NCBI GenBank assembly: GCA_038087875.1
Contig: CM075993.1
Span: 3,784,001-3,848,000, forward strand
DNA length: 64,000 nucleotides
Source: Malacoraja senta
Taxonomy: Eukaryota
Reading direction: 5' to 3'
Shown here: one piece after another, positions 12,801 through 27,800 of the stretch
Position numbering within the stretch: the stretch's first letter is position 1
Layout of the letters: each line of letters opens with the position of its first letter
Position numbers and translations under genes: made by a program
The notes under the pieces: model-generated
Told to the model about the DNA's origin: nothing
The model's database searches: none
What the model saw: the letters and a program-made list of their open reading frames with translations, nothing else

Positions 12801-15800
12801 TGAAACTATGTTAGAACCTAGGCACCCTCCTATACACGTTCAACTGCTACTCTCTAGATCAGCGTTTCTTAACATTTGTACCCTTGCAGAACCCTTGAAA
12901 TAATTTTCATGTCTCAGGGAACCCCTGAGTTGGGGGTTGCCGGGCGCGTGCCGCCATTTTGAGATTGTCATGGGCCCGTGCTGCCATTTTGAGATCGTCA
13001 GCCACGCCTGCGCAATTGGCCCACCGCTATTTTGAGCGCCATTTAGTCTCTCGTCACAACGGCGATCTCTGGCCTCACCATTTTAACATCCAGCATTGTG
13101 TATAGGTGAGTGCTACGGGGGGAATATTGCGTTGATGGAGGGGGGACTCAACAGGTCCACACTTGGTCTAGCTTATCACTATTTATCTTGGAACCCCTGC
13201 TGGCGACCTCTCGCGGAACCCTAGCGTTCCGGGGAACCCCGGTTGAGAAACGCTGCTCTAGATAACCAGAGACGGGGGGGGGGGGGGGGTCCACAAGGGA
13301 CTGCAGATGCTGAAAACATGCGTAAAACACACAAAGTGCTTGAATAACTCGGCGTGCCAGGCAGTAGTATCTTCCTCAATTTTCCTTCCATACAGTAGAT
13401 GCCGCCTGACCCGCTGAGTTACTCTCCAGCACTTTGCATTTCAATTGTGAGTTTTGCAACTTCAGAATGCAAAATAATTGACCAGGCAAATACGTATTGT
13501 GAAAGGTATATGTGCAGTGATATATACGAGCAGTCAATCCTCACACAGGCCAACTCCCTTAAAAAGCAGGTTAGGTCATGAGCAGATAATCGTAAAATGA
13601 CAATAACTAAGAGCTAAGTGTTGGCCAATGTATTGTGAAGGTCACCCTGTTCTTTCTTGAAAACTGTACAATGAAATCTTTTATAATCACTGGAGAAGGC
13701 AGACACGAATATAATTTATCATCCCAGCTGCATCTGGCTCCTGTATCTCTATGTATGGCTCCACCTCAGTAGAGAACTGCATTAGTTTAGTCTAAGGTAC
13801 ACAAAAATGCTGGAGAAACTCAGCGGGTGCAGCAGCATCTATGGAGCGAAGGAAATAGGCAACGTTTCGGGCCGAAACCCTTCTTTAGTTATTATCTAGT
13901 ATACCGAGGTGCAGTGAAAAGCTTTGAAGAAGGAACTGCAGATGCTGGAAAATTGAAGGTAGACAAAAGTGCTGGAGAAACTCAGCGGGTGCAGCAGCAT
14001 CTATGGAGCGAAGGAAATAGGCAACGTTTCGGGACGAAACCCTGAAGGAAATAGGCAACGTTTCGGGACGAAACCCGGAAGGGTTTCGGGCCAAAACGTT
14101 GCCTATTTCCTTCGCTCCATAGATGCTGCTGCACCCGCTGAGTTTCTCCCGCACTTTTGTCTCCCTGCAGTGAAAAGCTTTTTTTGCTGTTGTGTGCTAT
14201 GCAGTCAGAGTACAGACTATACACGATTACAATCAAGCCATCCAGGGTGTACAGATACAGGATAAAGGGAATAATGTTTAGTGCAGGGGAAAGGCCAGTG
14301 AAGATAATCTGAGGTAGACAAAAATGCTGGCAAAACTCAGCGGGTGCAGCAGCATCTATGGAGCGAAGGAAATAGGCAACGTTTCGGGCCGACACCCTTC
14401 TTCAGACTGATCAAAAGATAATCTGAGGGTCTCCAATGAGGTAGGTCAAAGATAGACACAAAAAGCTGGAATAACTCAGCGGATCAGAAAGCATCTCTGG
14501 AGAAAAGGAATAGGGTGACGTTTCAGGTCGAGACCTTTCTTCGACCCAAAACGTCACCTATTCCTTCTCTCCAGAGATGCTGTCTGACCCGCTGAGTTAC
14601 CCCAGCTTTTTGTGTCTAACTCCGGTTTAAACCAGCGTCTGCAGTTCCTCCCTACACATAGATCAGGGGGTTCCCTACCTTTTTTGTCCTGTTTCCCCCC
14701 GGCAACTTTAATAGCACCGAACAAATGTTATTTTCACTTATCTATGAACAACTAATGATGAACAGAACCAAACACAGGCAGTCAATGAGAAAAAATACGT
14801 ACAAATCCAGAATCAACAAATTTACCCCCTGGGTAGGCTGAATTTACCCCTGGGGGGAAACTGTCCCTAGGAAGAAACTGTCCCTGAACATGGAATTGTT
14901 AAAGCCCTGTCCCACGGTACGAGTTCATTCCAAGAGCTCTCCCGAGTTTGCCCTGAATCGGACTCGGAGATTTACGGTAATGGCCACTCGTCGGTACTCG
15001 GGGCTCTCGTGGACATTTTTCAACATGTTGAAAAATCTTCACGAGTCTTCCCGAGCTTACCTGCCGTTAGCGAGTCTTCCCAAGTACCTGCCGTTAGCGT
15101 TACGAGCCGCTAAGAGACGTCCCTGAGCTCCGACGTACCCGCTACGTTCATTCCCCGTGCTTACCACGAGTTTGATTTTTTTTTACTCGGGAGAGCTCTT
15201 GAATGAACTCGTACAGCGGGACAGGGCCATTAGTCTAGATACTCAAGTCCAGGCTCTGGAGTGGAGATTGAACCTGTGGCTGCTAAATTCAGTGCTTAAA
15301 GACTGGCTTGAAAGGGAAAACATGTCTTAACTCCAGCATTCTGCCTGTTAACCCATCGAACAGTCCCCATGTAGTGTTGGCTACTAATTGGAAAACACCT
15401 TGAGCTTCCCCATTCAATGCTCTAGCCTGGTTGCATCTGTTGAACAAAGGGAGCAGCTGTGGTTCATGAAGGTGACTCAGGGAGCACAGGTTCTGCATAA
15501 CACAAGGGGGAATCAAAATAGTGAGGGGGGAACCTACTTGAAACACACAGAATAGTGAAAGGCTTGGATAGAGTAGACGTGGAGAGGATGTTTCCATTAG
15601 TGGGAGAAGAGTCTAGGACTAGAGGTCATAGCCTCAGAATTAAAGGACGTTCTTTTAGGAAGGAGATGAGAAATTTCTTTAGACAGAGGGTGGTGAATCT
15701 GTGGAATTTCTGGCCACAGACTGCTGTGGAGGCCAAGTCAGTGGATATTTTTAAGGCGGAGATAGATAGATTCTTGATTAGTACGGGTGTCGGGTTATGG

Positions 15801-18800
15801 GGAGACGACAGGAGAAAGGGGTTAAGAGGGAAAGATAGATCAGCCATGATTGAATGGCGGAGTAGACTTGATGGGCTGAATGGCCTAATTCTACTCCTAT
15901 TCCCTATGACCTTATAATAGTCATGCCAGCAGTGCTCATGTTCCGCTGTGGACAAGTTCAAAGAAAAGTCTGGCATTTAAGGAAGTTCCTTGAATCTATC
16001 ATTGATTTGTTTGTGTTCTGGCATTCCTTCCATAGATAGGAACATACGATAACTTATTAGGATCTGCTGGATCCCACGACAGAAAGCAAAGAACAAACGA
16101 CACTTAGCTGTGTCTAATTAGTGTGTTTGACCTTGGAGTTGTTATCGAGCTCCTGTGGCTGGACCTTCTCGTGAGTCACCAGCGGTGACAAGCTATATGC
16201 AAACCTTGGGCGTGAAGGCACCCCACTTTGATTAGCATTTTAGATAACAGCTCCAAAATGAGTTCCATCAGATATGCAGCTGAGCAAGGTTGCAAAAGGT
16301 TGCTTTATGAAATCTTTGACATTTCACAATTTATTTTTTATTTTTTGGAAAAACCTGTCTCTCTGCTTCACATTGCACAGTTTTCAAGGTTTTGTGCTTT
16401 TTCATTAGATGTGCTGCTGAAGATTAATTCTGTCGGCATCTGTGGTACCGACGTCCATTTCTGGCTGGAAGGGAAAGTTGGCGATTTTGTCGTTAAGAAG
16501 CCCTTCGTTCTTGGGCATGAAGCCTCAGGGACTGTGGTCAAAGTGTCCTGTGGTGTGAGCCATCTGAAAGCAGGTGAGTTGGCATGGAGTTTCGCATTGC
16601 ACAAGACACTGGGAGAACCTTTTAATTCATAGGAAGAGTTAGCAGTGGAAGAAAAAGCCAACTGATCCTTGCTGGAGATAGACACACAGAGCTGGAGAAA
16701 CTCTGCGGGGACAGGCAGCATCTCTGGAGAGAAGGGAATGGGCGACGTTTCGGGTCGAGACCCTTCTTCAGACTGATGTCAGGGGCAGAGGGAGATACAT
16801 CAAATCAAATCAATCAAATAAACCTTTATTGTCATCTTGCAAGCCACAGTTGTACAGTGCAAAATGAAAAGATGTTTCCCAGGGAATACCGGAGCATCGC
16901 ACATGAAGTTTAAAACATTTCACACATAATAACACTAAAAACAATCCCGTCCCTGATGGAACAGTATAAATAGTTAAAAAGTAGGTAAAAACAACGTTAA
17001 AATACAGTAAAACCAATCATAAACATGTCCGGGGTGGCTGATTTGAGTGGCCAGTGCCAGTTATTGAAGTGGCCAGTGCCAGTTATTGAAGTGGCCAGTG
17101 CCAGTTATTATAGTGTCCGTGCCAAGCCGCAGAATCAGGTGACTGTGAGTACAGAGTGGCTGTCTAGCAGCCTCACAGCATATGTCAGGAAGCTGTTTAG
17201 CAGTCTTGTAGTCCTGGCTTTGATGCTGCGATATCTCTTGCCTGATGGCAGGAGATCCAGGTGTATGTGGAGGGGGTACAGTTTGTCCTTAGCAATTCTC
17301 TGAGCTTTTTTCCGACAGCAGCTCTGGAACAGTTCTTGTACCGAGGGTAGGGAGACGCCAATGATCTTCTCTGCTCCCCTCACTACCCTCTGCAGAGCCT
17401 TCCTGTCCGAGCAGTTGCAGGTGGAGTACCACGTATTTATGCAGTACGTGAGTACAGACTCCACCGTACCCCTGTAGAAAGTCCTGAGGATGTTGGTGGG
17501 GAGTGAGGCCTGTTTTAGTTTCCTCAGGAAGTGCAGTCGCTGATGGGCCCGTTTGACGGTCCCAGTGGTGTTCCTGGACCAGGTGAGGCTGTCTGTAATT
17601 TGCACCCCGAGGAACTTTATGCTCTCCACTCTCTCCACTGTGGCGCCACTGATGTTAAGGGGTGCATGCTTTGGCTGCGCCCTCCTGAAGTCGACAACCA
17701 TCTCCTTTGTTTTGTCGACATTTAATTCTAGATTATTTTTGCCGCACCAGTCCACTAGGTGTTTTACTTCATCCCTGTACATTGATTCATCATCTCCGCT
17801 GATGAGTCCCACCACTGTTGTGTCATCCGCGAATTTTATGATCTTATTGTCCCTGAATCTGGCCGCACAATCATGTGTGAGCAATGTGAACAACAGCGGG
17901 CTGAGCACACAGCCTTGAGGGGAGCCGGTGCTCAGCGTGATCGAGCCTGAAGTGTTCTTGCCCACACGGACTGACTGCGGTCTCTCTGTCAGAAAGTCCA
18001 AGATCCAGTGACACAGGGTGGTGTTGAGGCCCAGCAGGGTTAGTTTCTCCACAAGTCTCTGTGGGATGATGGTGTTGAACGCTGAGCTGAAGTCAATGTA
18101 CAGGATTCTGGCGTATGTGTTTCTGTTTTCCAGATGCGTGAGCACTGTGTGCAGCGTGGTAGAGATGGCATCCTCTGTAGAACGGTTGGGGCGATAGGCA
18201 AACTGGAGGGGGTCTAACGATGAGGGGAGGCTGGCAGTAATGTGGGGTTTCACCAGGCGTTCAAAACACTTCATTATTATTGGGGTCAGGGCGACAGGGC
18301 GGTAGTCATTTAGGCAGGCAACAACTGGTTTCTTCGCTATGGGTATTATTGTAGACGTTTTGAGGCATGTGGGGACAATGGCTTGACTGAGGGAGATGTT
18401 ATAGATGTCTGTAAGCACATATGCTAACTCCTCAGCACATTCCTTAAGCACACGTCCTGGGATGTTATCGGGTCCGACTGCTTTCCACGGGTTGACCTTA
18501 GACAGGATTCTCCATGTGTCCATCGGGTCTATGGTCAGGACTGGCTGGTCGGTTTGTAAGCAGGGGCTGGCTCTCCCCTTGGGTGTGGTGTTTGCTGCAT
18601 CAAAACGAGCGAAGAAGTTCAGTTCATCTGGGAGAGAAGAATCCGTGTCAGTTACCTGCTGCCTTGCCTTGTACCCCGTCAGTGTTTGGATTCCCTTCCA
18701 CATCCTCCTGGTGTCTCCTGTGTCATAGACAAGGAAGTGTAGGGTGTGAAAATAGGACAAGGAAATGGAGATCAAGGATCATTGTTAGCTGGGAGAAGCT

Positions 18801-21800
18801 AACAACAATGCAAACAGAGATAAAATGTAGGCGGGGACAGTAAGAGTTCCTTGCTGGGACTCTACAGGAGCCTTCCAATCCAGCACACTCTCTCCTCGCT
18901 CATCTTTATTTAACTTATCACTTACTAATCATTTCACCTGCTGCTTGTGATAATGGAGACACAAGGAACTACAAATTGGACTCTGAAGAATGGTGTCAAC
19001 CCAAAATGTCACCTATCCATTCCCCCACTGCCTGATCTGCTGAGTTGCTCCAACACTTTGTGTTTTACGTGCGATAGTGGGTTCAGTTTCTCTCTAGTTT
19101 TTCTCATGTTTACTACTGTACATTTAGATAATAGATAATAGGAGTGGTGCAGGAGTAGGCCATTCGGCCCTTCGAGCCAGCACCGTCATATAAATGGAAT
19201 GGAAAGCAGATACATAGTCTCTAAAAGTCCCATTTTCCAAACCCCATCATTATTTTAAAAGGCCCCCCTCCCAATTGTCCCTTAGGTACATGGATAGTAA
19301 AGGATTAGAGGGTTATGGGCCGAATACGGGCAGGTGGGACAAACGTAGATGTGGACAAGTTAGGCCAAAGGGACTATATGTTTCTGCGCTGTATGAGTCT
19401 ATGATTCTTTGCCTCCAACATGGAACATAGAGCAGTACACAGCGCAAGAGCATGCCCTGCGGCTCACAATATCTGTAACACGATGCCAAGACCTACTCTG
19501 CACATAGTCCATATCCGTCCATTATTCCCTGCCGAAAAGCCTCCCAAATGCCACCGTCGTGTCTTCCTCCACCACCACCCTTGTCTTGTTCTTCTTGATC
19601 TTCTTGATATCTGGTCCCTGCAACGAACCCACCATTATCCAATTATCCCGGTCCTTGCAGGTATTTTACAGGAGCCATCCATCCACCCCAGCACATCATA
19701 TCCAGTTGTTTTCCTCTCTCCTCCCCCATCTTTAGTTAACTTCCCACTTACTATTCATTTCACCTTCTGCTTGTGATAATGGAGACACATGGAACTACAA
19801 ATTGGACTCCCTAATTATGCATAAGTGAGTCATTCACACCAGGGAAAGTACGTGTGCATACAGGCAGTGTTCTCGTGCGCGATGTTTTGTGCCTAAAGTG
19901 TCTTGTTTTTCCCTCTGCCACAGGCGACAAGGTTTCCATTGAGCCTGGGGTCCCCAGAGAGAATGACGATTTTGTTAGAATTGGACGTTACAACCTGTCC
20001 CCAACCAGCTTCACAAGTGGTATTCCTCCCGATGATGGTACCATGTGTCGATTCTATGCCCACAAAGCCAACTACTGCTACAAGTTAGTATTCTGCCACA
20101 TCCTGTTAAAATGCTGTTAGGTTTAAGGCGAGAGGGGAAAGGTTTAATTGGAATCCAGGAAAAATGAGTAGGTTAACATATCATGAGTGTTTCATGGCAC
20201 TGGGCCAGTACTCGCTGGAGTTTAGAAGAATGAGGGGGACCTCATTGAAACGTACAGAATAGTGAAAGGCTTGGATAGATGTGGAGAGGATGTTTCCACT
20301 AGTGGGAGAGTCTGGGACTAGAGATCATAACCTCAGAATTAAAGGACGCTCATTTATTTAGGAAAGAGTTTCGATGCAAAACATACCTAGCTAATAAAGT
20401 ATTATTGTGATTGTGAGATTCACCACCCTCTGGTTAAAGAAATTCCTCCTCATCTCCTTACTAAAGGTACATCCTTTTTTTCCGAGCTGTGCCCTCTAGT
20501 CCTAGACCCTCCCACTTAGTGGAAACATCCTCTCCGCATCCACTCTACCCTGGCCTTTCATTTATCGGTGTGCGTTTCAAAGAGTCTCCCCTTCATCCTT
20601 CTAAACTCCAGCGAGTACAGGCCCGGTGCTGTCAAAAGTTCAAATTGTCGCTCGTGCTTATTGTCCATGTGTAACTATCGTTTTCAATGTGTACAAGTGC
20701 AGCCACTGTGCATTTTTAAAAATGTCCAAACTAAACTTTATTCAGAATTGAAAATAGATACAAAACAAAAAAACGGTGCAAAAACTCTCCTCATATTCTC
20801 AGTTGTCTATACATTTAATAGTGTCATACCCAGGGGAAGATGGTGTTGAAGAAGCTTATGAGAGGAAAAAGACCGTGTACTCTGTACTGGCAACTGAAGC
20901 TGCCCACAATGGCTGGAGAAGACCAAGATTTCCCCTGTCGAAGTGGGATGCAGGGGATTTGTTGCTACATCTATGACCAGGCTATTAAAGAAAATGGGGG
21001 TGAGGGGGGGTCGCTCCCTCCAACAAGCAATCAAGTCATTATCAAATTGTGCAGAAAAAAAGCAGCAATTCGATTTGGATCAAAAGGAGAGACAGCAATT
21101 GGGCTGCAAGATGAAGACAGGATGGTATGGAATTGAGGGGGGGGGGTGTAACTGGGATGCCAGGTATCACCGTTGAGCCCTCTGGAGATGTTGTGGGCTT
21201 ATCAATGAAACTTCAACGTTGATGACTCCGATGACGTACCTCTACCCTACCTTTCACCACTCCAATCCCACTGCAAAAAGCCGACTTATTACAGGGATTG
21301 AAACATCAAGTCCTATTAGCTCTAATACTACTACTAAGTAGTTTTAACACCTGTCTTTAAAACTAAACCCACTTGCCATTCATGTGCCCCCCTGGGGTGA
21401 GTGATATCCCCTCCCTTGTTTGAGTGGTGTCCCCAGCGGACTCTACCCCTCAGTGTCCATCGGCAGAAGGACCCTAGACTGTGGCCCTCCCCCACCGAGC
21501 CTTGGCGTTGGCTGCACCGAGCTCCAGGGTGTTCCTCAGCACGTACTCCTGCAGTCTGGAGCGGGCCAGTCGGCAACATTCCCTGGTGGACATCTCGCTG
21601 TGCTGGGAGGGAGTTCAAAGTTCGGGCAGACCAACAAGCATCTCACTAAGTTGGTGACCTTCCAGCACCACTCGATGTCCATCTCCGCATGTGTTCCTGG
21701 GGAATAGTCTGTAAATTGTCACAGAGTTGTAGCCCCACAGTGCAGACGGGTAAGGAGTACCCAGTTACAATGGTGGGAAGACTGAGATCTATCTGTTAGA

Positions 21801-24800
21801 CCACAAGCGACCACTGTCTGCATCACAACGTTCCCCAATGCAACATCTTATTTCAATAGGAACAAGAGATATTGTTTTTGCATTTTTTTACAAAAATATA
21901 ATTGGCTTTTGTGTAGTTTAGTTGAGAGATACACCACGGAAACAGGCCCTTCGGCCCACCGAGTGCGTGCCGACCAGCGATCCCCACGCCTTAACACTAT
22001 CCTACACACACTAGGGACAATTTTACATTGATACCATTAAACTACAAACCTGTACGTCTTGGAGTGTGGGAGGAAACCGAAGATCTCGGAGAAAATCCAA
22101 GCAGGTCACGGGGAGAACGTACAAACTCCGTACAGACAGCACCTGTAGTCGGGATCAAACCCGCGGGGGTCTCCGGCGCTGCAAGCGCTGTAAGGCAGCA
22201 ACTTTAGTATTCTACCCAAACAGTTTTGCTTGCTGTACCGATGGGGATGTCAGCAATGCCAGTGTTTCAGGTTTGGACATAAAGCAGCTTCTAGTCAATC
22301 ACCTTGTCCATTGAAGTTGCTGCCTCACAGCTCCAGTAACGCAAGTTCAGTTTTGAACACGGGTGCTGTCTGTGTGAAGTTTGCACGTTCTCCTTGTGAT
22401 CATGTGGGCTTCCTCTGGCTGCTCAGGTTTCCTCCCAAACCCCCAAAAATGTGCAAGTTGGTAGGTTAACTGAGTTGTGTAAATTGCCCCAAGTATGTAG
22501 ATGAGTGGTAAATCTGCAGGGAGTTGATGGTCTTACACAGAGAATAAAATGGTAAGATGGGCAAGCACCACCGGTGGCGCAGCGGTAGAGTTGCTGCCTT
22601 ACATTGCCAGGGACCCCGGTTCGATCCCGGTGCTTGTCTGTACAGCGTTTGTACATTCTCCTCGTGACCCGAGATCTTCGGTTTCCTCCCACACTCCAAA
22701 GCCGTTACAGGGTTTTGTAGGTGAATTGGCTTGGTATAAATGTAAATCTGTCCCCCAGTGTGTGTTAGGGCAGTGTTCATGTGCGGGGATCGCCGCTCGT
22801 CGGGCCGAAAACCGCCAAAGAAGAAGGCCTGTTCCCGCGCTGTATCTCCAAAAAAAAGATGAGTGTCATTTCATGGTGGGAGTAATTTAATGAGCTTAAA
22901 AGACTTGTTTCCAGTTTGGATCTCAAGTCAAGTCAAGTCAAGTCAAGTCGTCAACTTTATTTGTCACATACACATACAAAGATGTACAGTGAAATGAAAG
23001 TGGCAATGCCTGCGGGGTTGTGCAAAACAACAGAACAGAACAGAACAGAACCAATATTTACATTAAAAACAAGAAGATACAACAGTATTTACGCCCTGGT
23101 GAGATCAGAGTTTACTGTCCTGATGACCTGTGGGAAGAAACTCCATCTCATCCTCTCTTTCGCAGCGGAGGCACTTCCCTGACCGTAGCAGCTGGAACAG
23201 CTGGGGTGGTAGGGGTCCTTCATGATCTTGCTGGCTCTGGTTCTGCACCTCCTGGTGTATAGGCCTTGCAGGGGGGACGGGGGGGTGGGGGGAGTGTAGT
23301 TCCCGTGGTGCGTTCGGCCGAACGCACTACTCTCTGCAGAGCCTTCCTGCGATTTTCCTCTCTGCCTCTTGTGATTTCCACTGGAGTTTTAAGTGAGATA
23401 AATAAATGAAAGTTTTGGAAAATATTTCGAAAAACAAATGAACAGCTATAAATGCTCCAGGTAGAACTGGAAAATTGCCAGCTTGTAATCATTTTTCTCT
23501 TTGATATTTCATGTATGTACACTGTTGGACACACATTGGAGTGGCTACTGGAAACAATATGATGAAACCGACCATTTTCAGGTCTTCGTGAAATCCAACT
23601 TTTAGAAAGGAATATTCCAATGAAAATTTTATTTTAGATTGGCACATGATGAGGATGATTCCAAGAATGTGTGGGTTAGCATATGATGAGTGTTTGACGG
23701 CACTGGGCCTCGCCTCGCTGGAGTTTAGAAACTGAAACTTACAGAATAATGAAAGGTATAGATAGAGTGGATGTGGAGAGGATGTTTCCACTGGTGGGAG
23801 AGTCTAGGACCAGAGGTCGTAGCCTCAGAATGAAAGGGGGCGCTCTTTTATAAAAGAGGTGAGGGGGAACATCTTTAGTCAGAGGGGAGTTAATCTGTGG
23901 TACTCAATGCCGCAGAGGGTTGTGGAGGTCAAATCAGTGGATATTTGTAAGGCAGAGAGAGATGGACAAATTCTTGATTGGAACGGTTGTCAAGGGTTAT
24001 GGGGAGAAGGCAGGAAAATGGGATTCGGAGGCAGAGATCAGCCATGATTGAATTTCGAAGTAGACTCGATGGGCCGAATGGCCTAATTCTACTCCTATCA
24101 CTTGTGAACTTGTGACATGCGGGGAATGGAGGGATATGGATTGCATGGAGGCAGCAGCGATCATTAGTTTGACTTGCCATGTTCGATGTGGACATTGCAG
24201 GCCAAGGAGCTGTTCCTGTACTCTATCATGGTCTAATTTGCAGTTCTGATGAAATAAAAGTGAATCAGGAGATAGAGCCCCCCTCCATCGGGCTATCAGC
24301 AGAGAGCAGAGGCCACCCCGACTGAAGTCACGTCACCCCTTTTTGCTCCACATGGAAAACAACTCCTAGCATCCATCCAGCCAACTCAGACAAAAGCACA
24401 CTGGATACCCACCAAGTGGTCACAGGAGTGGAAGGCAACCTCATCTCCATTACACAGCTACATCTCGTCACCAGATAAAAGCTGTCCCGGGTCTGACCTC
24501 CCCTGAGGAGCATGGGTGAAGCTCAACAGACTTGGTACTGGAGTTGGGCGTTTCAATGCCAGCGTGTGGAGACGGGGGGCTCCGCCTGTGAATGCGGAGC
24601 AGAACAACAGACAGCCAACCATGTCATCTCTGGGTGCCCGCTCTACCACCCACCAAATGGAGTTCAGGACCTGGCAGACATTGACACCAACAGAGACAAC
24701 AACTTGGCTGCTCAACACCCGGCTTGAGATCTAACTATTCCTTTGGTTTATGTTTCATTTGCAAGAAGAAGAAGATGAGGAGATAGAAAAATAGTTTTGG

Positions 24801-27800
24801 AACCGGTTATATTCAATCTAATTTTTTAGGGAGAATACTGTAAATACCTCTGAAGAAACATCATTTCTCAAAGTTATACCCCAGGCTAGACATCCACTTA
24901 TCTGGATCTTCATGCCAGAAAGATATGTCGCAATTTAGTGTATTCCGTAATATCCTTCCTTGTGTTACATCAAAGGTCAATAGCTCAGGAATCGTGAACT
25001 TGAACACGATGTTCTGATAATTGGCTACCTAAACAATGTGCCCTGAGTTGGTTTTGAACCTGGTGCGTCGTTGAACAGATAGGAATGTTGATTTTATCAA
25101 CAGAAGCCAAAGGGTATCTGGCGCTGGAAGGCAGCAACTCTACCGCTGCTCCACCGTGTCGCCCAAACCATACCTCTGTCTTCAAACACATTCATACATA
25201 GATACATAGATACATAGAAAATAGGTGCAGGAGTAGGCCATTCGGCCCTTCGAGCCTGCACCGCCATTCAATATGATCATGGCTGATCATCCAACTCAGT
25301 ATCCCGTACCTGCCTTCTCTCCATACCCCCTGATCCCTTTAGCCACAAGGGCCACATCTAACTCCCTCTTAAATATAGCCAATGAACTGGCCTCAACTAC
25401 CCTCTGTGGCAGAGAGTTCCAGAGATTCACCACTCTCTGTGTGAAAAAGTTTTTCCTCATCTCGGTCTTAAAGGATTTCCCCCTTATCCTTAAGCTGTGA
25501 CCCCTTGTCCTGGACTTCCCCAACATCGGGAACAATCTTCCTGCATCTAGCCTGTCCAACCCCATAAGAATTTTGTACGTTTCTATAAGATCCCCTCTCA
25601 ATCTCCTAAATTCTAGCGAGTATAAGCCAAGTCTATCCAGTCTTTCTTCATATGAAAGTCCTGACATCCCAGGAATCAGTCTGGTGAACCTTCTCTGCAC
25701 TCCCTCTATGGCTATAATGTCCTTCCTCAGATTTGGAGACCAAAACTGTACACAATACTCCAGGTGTGGTCTCACCAAGACCCTGTACAACTGCATTAGA
25801 ACCTCCCTGCTCCTATACTCAAATCCTCTTGCTATTGAAGGCCAACATACCATTCGCTTTCTTCACTGCCTGCTGCACCTGCATGCCTACTTTCAATGAC
25901 TGGTGTACCATGACACCCAGGTCTCGCTGCATCTCCCCATTTCCTAATCGGCCACCATTTAGATAATAGTCTGCCTTCCCGTTTTTGCCACCAAAGTGGA
26001 TAACCTCACATTTATCCAAAGTTTGTTCTCCGTCATCCTTTGAAGAAGACTGATGACATTCTCGTGTTTGATCCCAGCAACTTCTCGTTCTTCTAAGCCG
26101 CCTACTCCTGCAGTCTGGAGTGGGCCGGTCGGTAAAATTCCCCAGATGGACATCTCGCTCCGCTGGGAGACCAACAAGTTCCGTGCAGACCTACGAGTGT
26201 CTTTCACTGAGTTGATGATCTTCCTGCTGCACTTGATGTCCGTCTCTGAATGTTTTCCCAGGGAACGGCCCGTAAATCAGAGAGCCCTCTGTCATGGGCC
26301 TGTCCCACTTAGACGATTTTTTAGCAGACTGCCTGAAAAAACGGCAACTGGAACGGCGACTGTCAGAGTGGAACACACACACACACACAAACACACATCG
26401 CTTCCTTCACCAGCCCGTTATGCAGGCGGGGGACAGGACAAGCGCGGGGGGGGGGGGTGCGCTGTCTAAAAATTTCACACGGTGCAAAGCCAAGGTGTGA
26501 TACAGACACACACCGCGATGAACAGGAAGGTTGGCGCAGTAAAAAGATGGCTGAAGCACAGTGTCCGGTAAGTCCTTTAAAAGAGGGGGGATAGAAGGGG
26601 AGAGAGGGGGGAGAGGGGGGGGAGAAGGAGTGGAGACAACTTTTAGGAAGCCAGAGATACACGGCTGTGAAGCTCGGCCGGACATTTGACATTACCGGTC
26701 GGTTATCCTTGGTTCTGAAAACTACTGCTTACCACTTTTTTCTCCCCAATGAACCAATGAAATCCACCGGTCAGCACCGGCTACAACCTACGAGAACCTC
26801 CGAGAACCTTCGACCACCTGGCGACCCACCAGGACCTCCTGGCGACCCGCCTACGGCACGAGAATTCTCGCTACGCTCCATGGCGGCTTCATTCTAGTCG
26901 CCGCTAACTTTTCAACATCTTGAAAAATTCACGGCGACCACAATGAGGCCGCGACCAGTTCCCAGAACGCGGGAACTCCTCGCGACCGTGAAGGCGACTC
27001 CCCGGCAACCGCCCGCGAACATGTGGCGACCGCATAGTCTCCTGCAGTCGCCTGAAAAGTCGCCTAAGTGGGACAGGCCCACTACGGAGCTGTTCCGGAT
27101 GAACCGTGAGAAATGACTCGTGCCTCATTCTCCGGACCCTCTTGGCAAATCACACTCGGTGAAAAGGTGGGCAGCCATGCCTCCTCCACAGCAGCCGTCC
27201 CGAGGGCAGCGTGCATTGGTGACACGATTCCTTCCGTGCAGGGAGGATCTGACTGCGGTGGAGAGCCTCTCTCACCAGGTCTTGGTGTGTGAGGAGGTGG
27301 TGGTGCTTGCCGGTGAGTCCTGACTTTGAGGCAGTTCGCCAGGCAATGCTGGGCAGTCTGCTGAAAGGGCCTTGTCTTTAAGTGCCCTTGGTGATTATTG
27401 GACCACCAATAATGGTGATTATTTAGGTGATTATGGTGATTATAATCACCGTATTATATGGCGATTAATAATGATATTTTTCTTTTTCACACACTATATA
27501 TCTCACATTTTTCTATTTTTCATTATCTAACTTTTTTCTTTTTCTTCTTTATTTCAAAAAAATTTTTTTAAATAAGAAGCTGTACATAAAAGGTATTATG
27601 AAAATATGATTGTATACAATTGTACTTCTTAATAAAATAAAAATATTTAAAAAAAATAAAAAATAATATTGATATTATTATTGGTGATTATTTCGGCGAC
27701 TGGCGGCATCATTGACTGACGTATCAGGTCACCGAAAAATTTGCGCTGCAAATTTTTCGGTGACCTGATACGCCAGTCAATGATGCCGGATTGATGAGCG

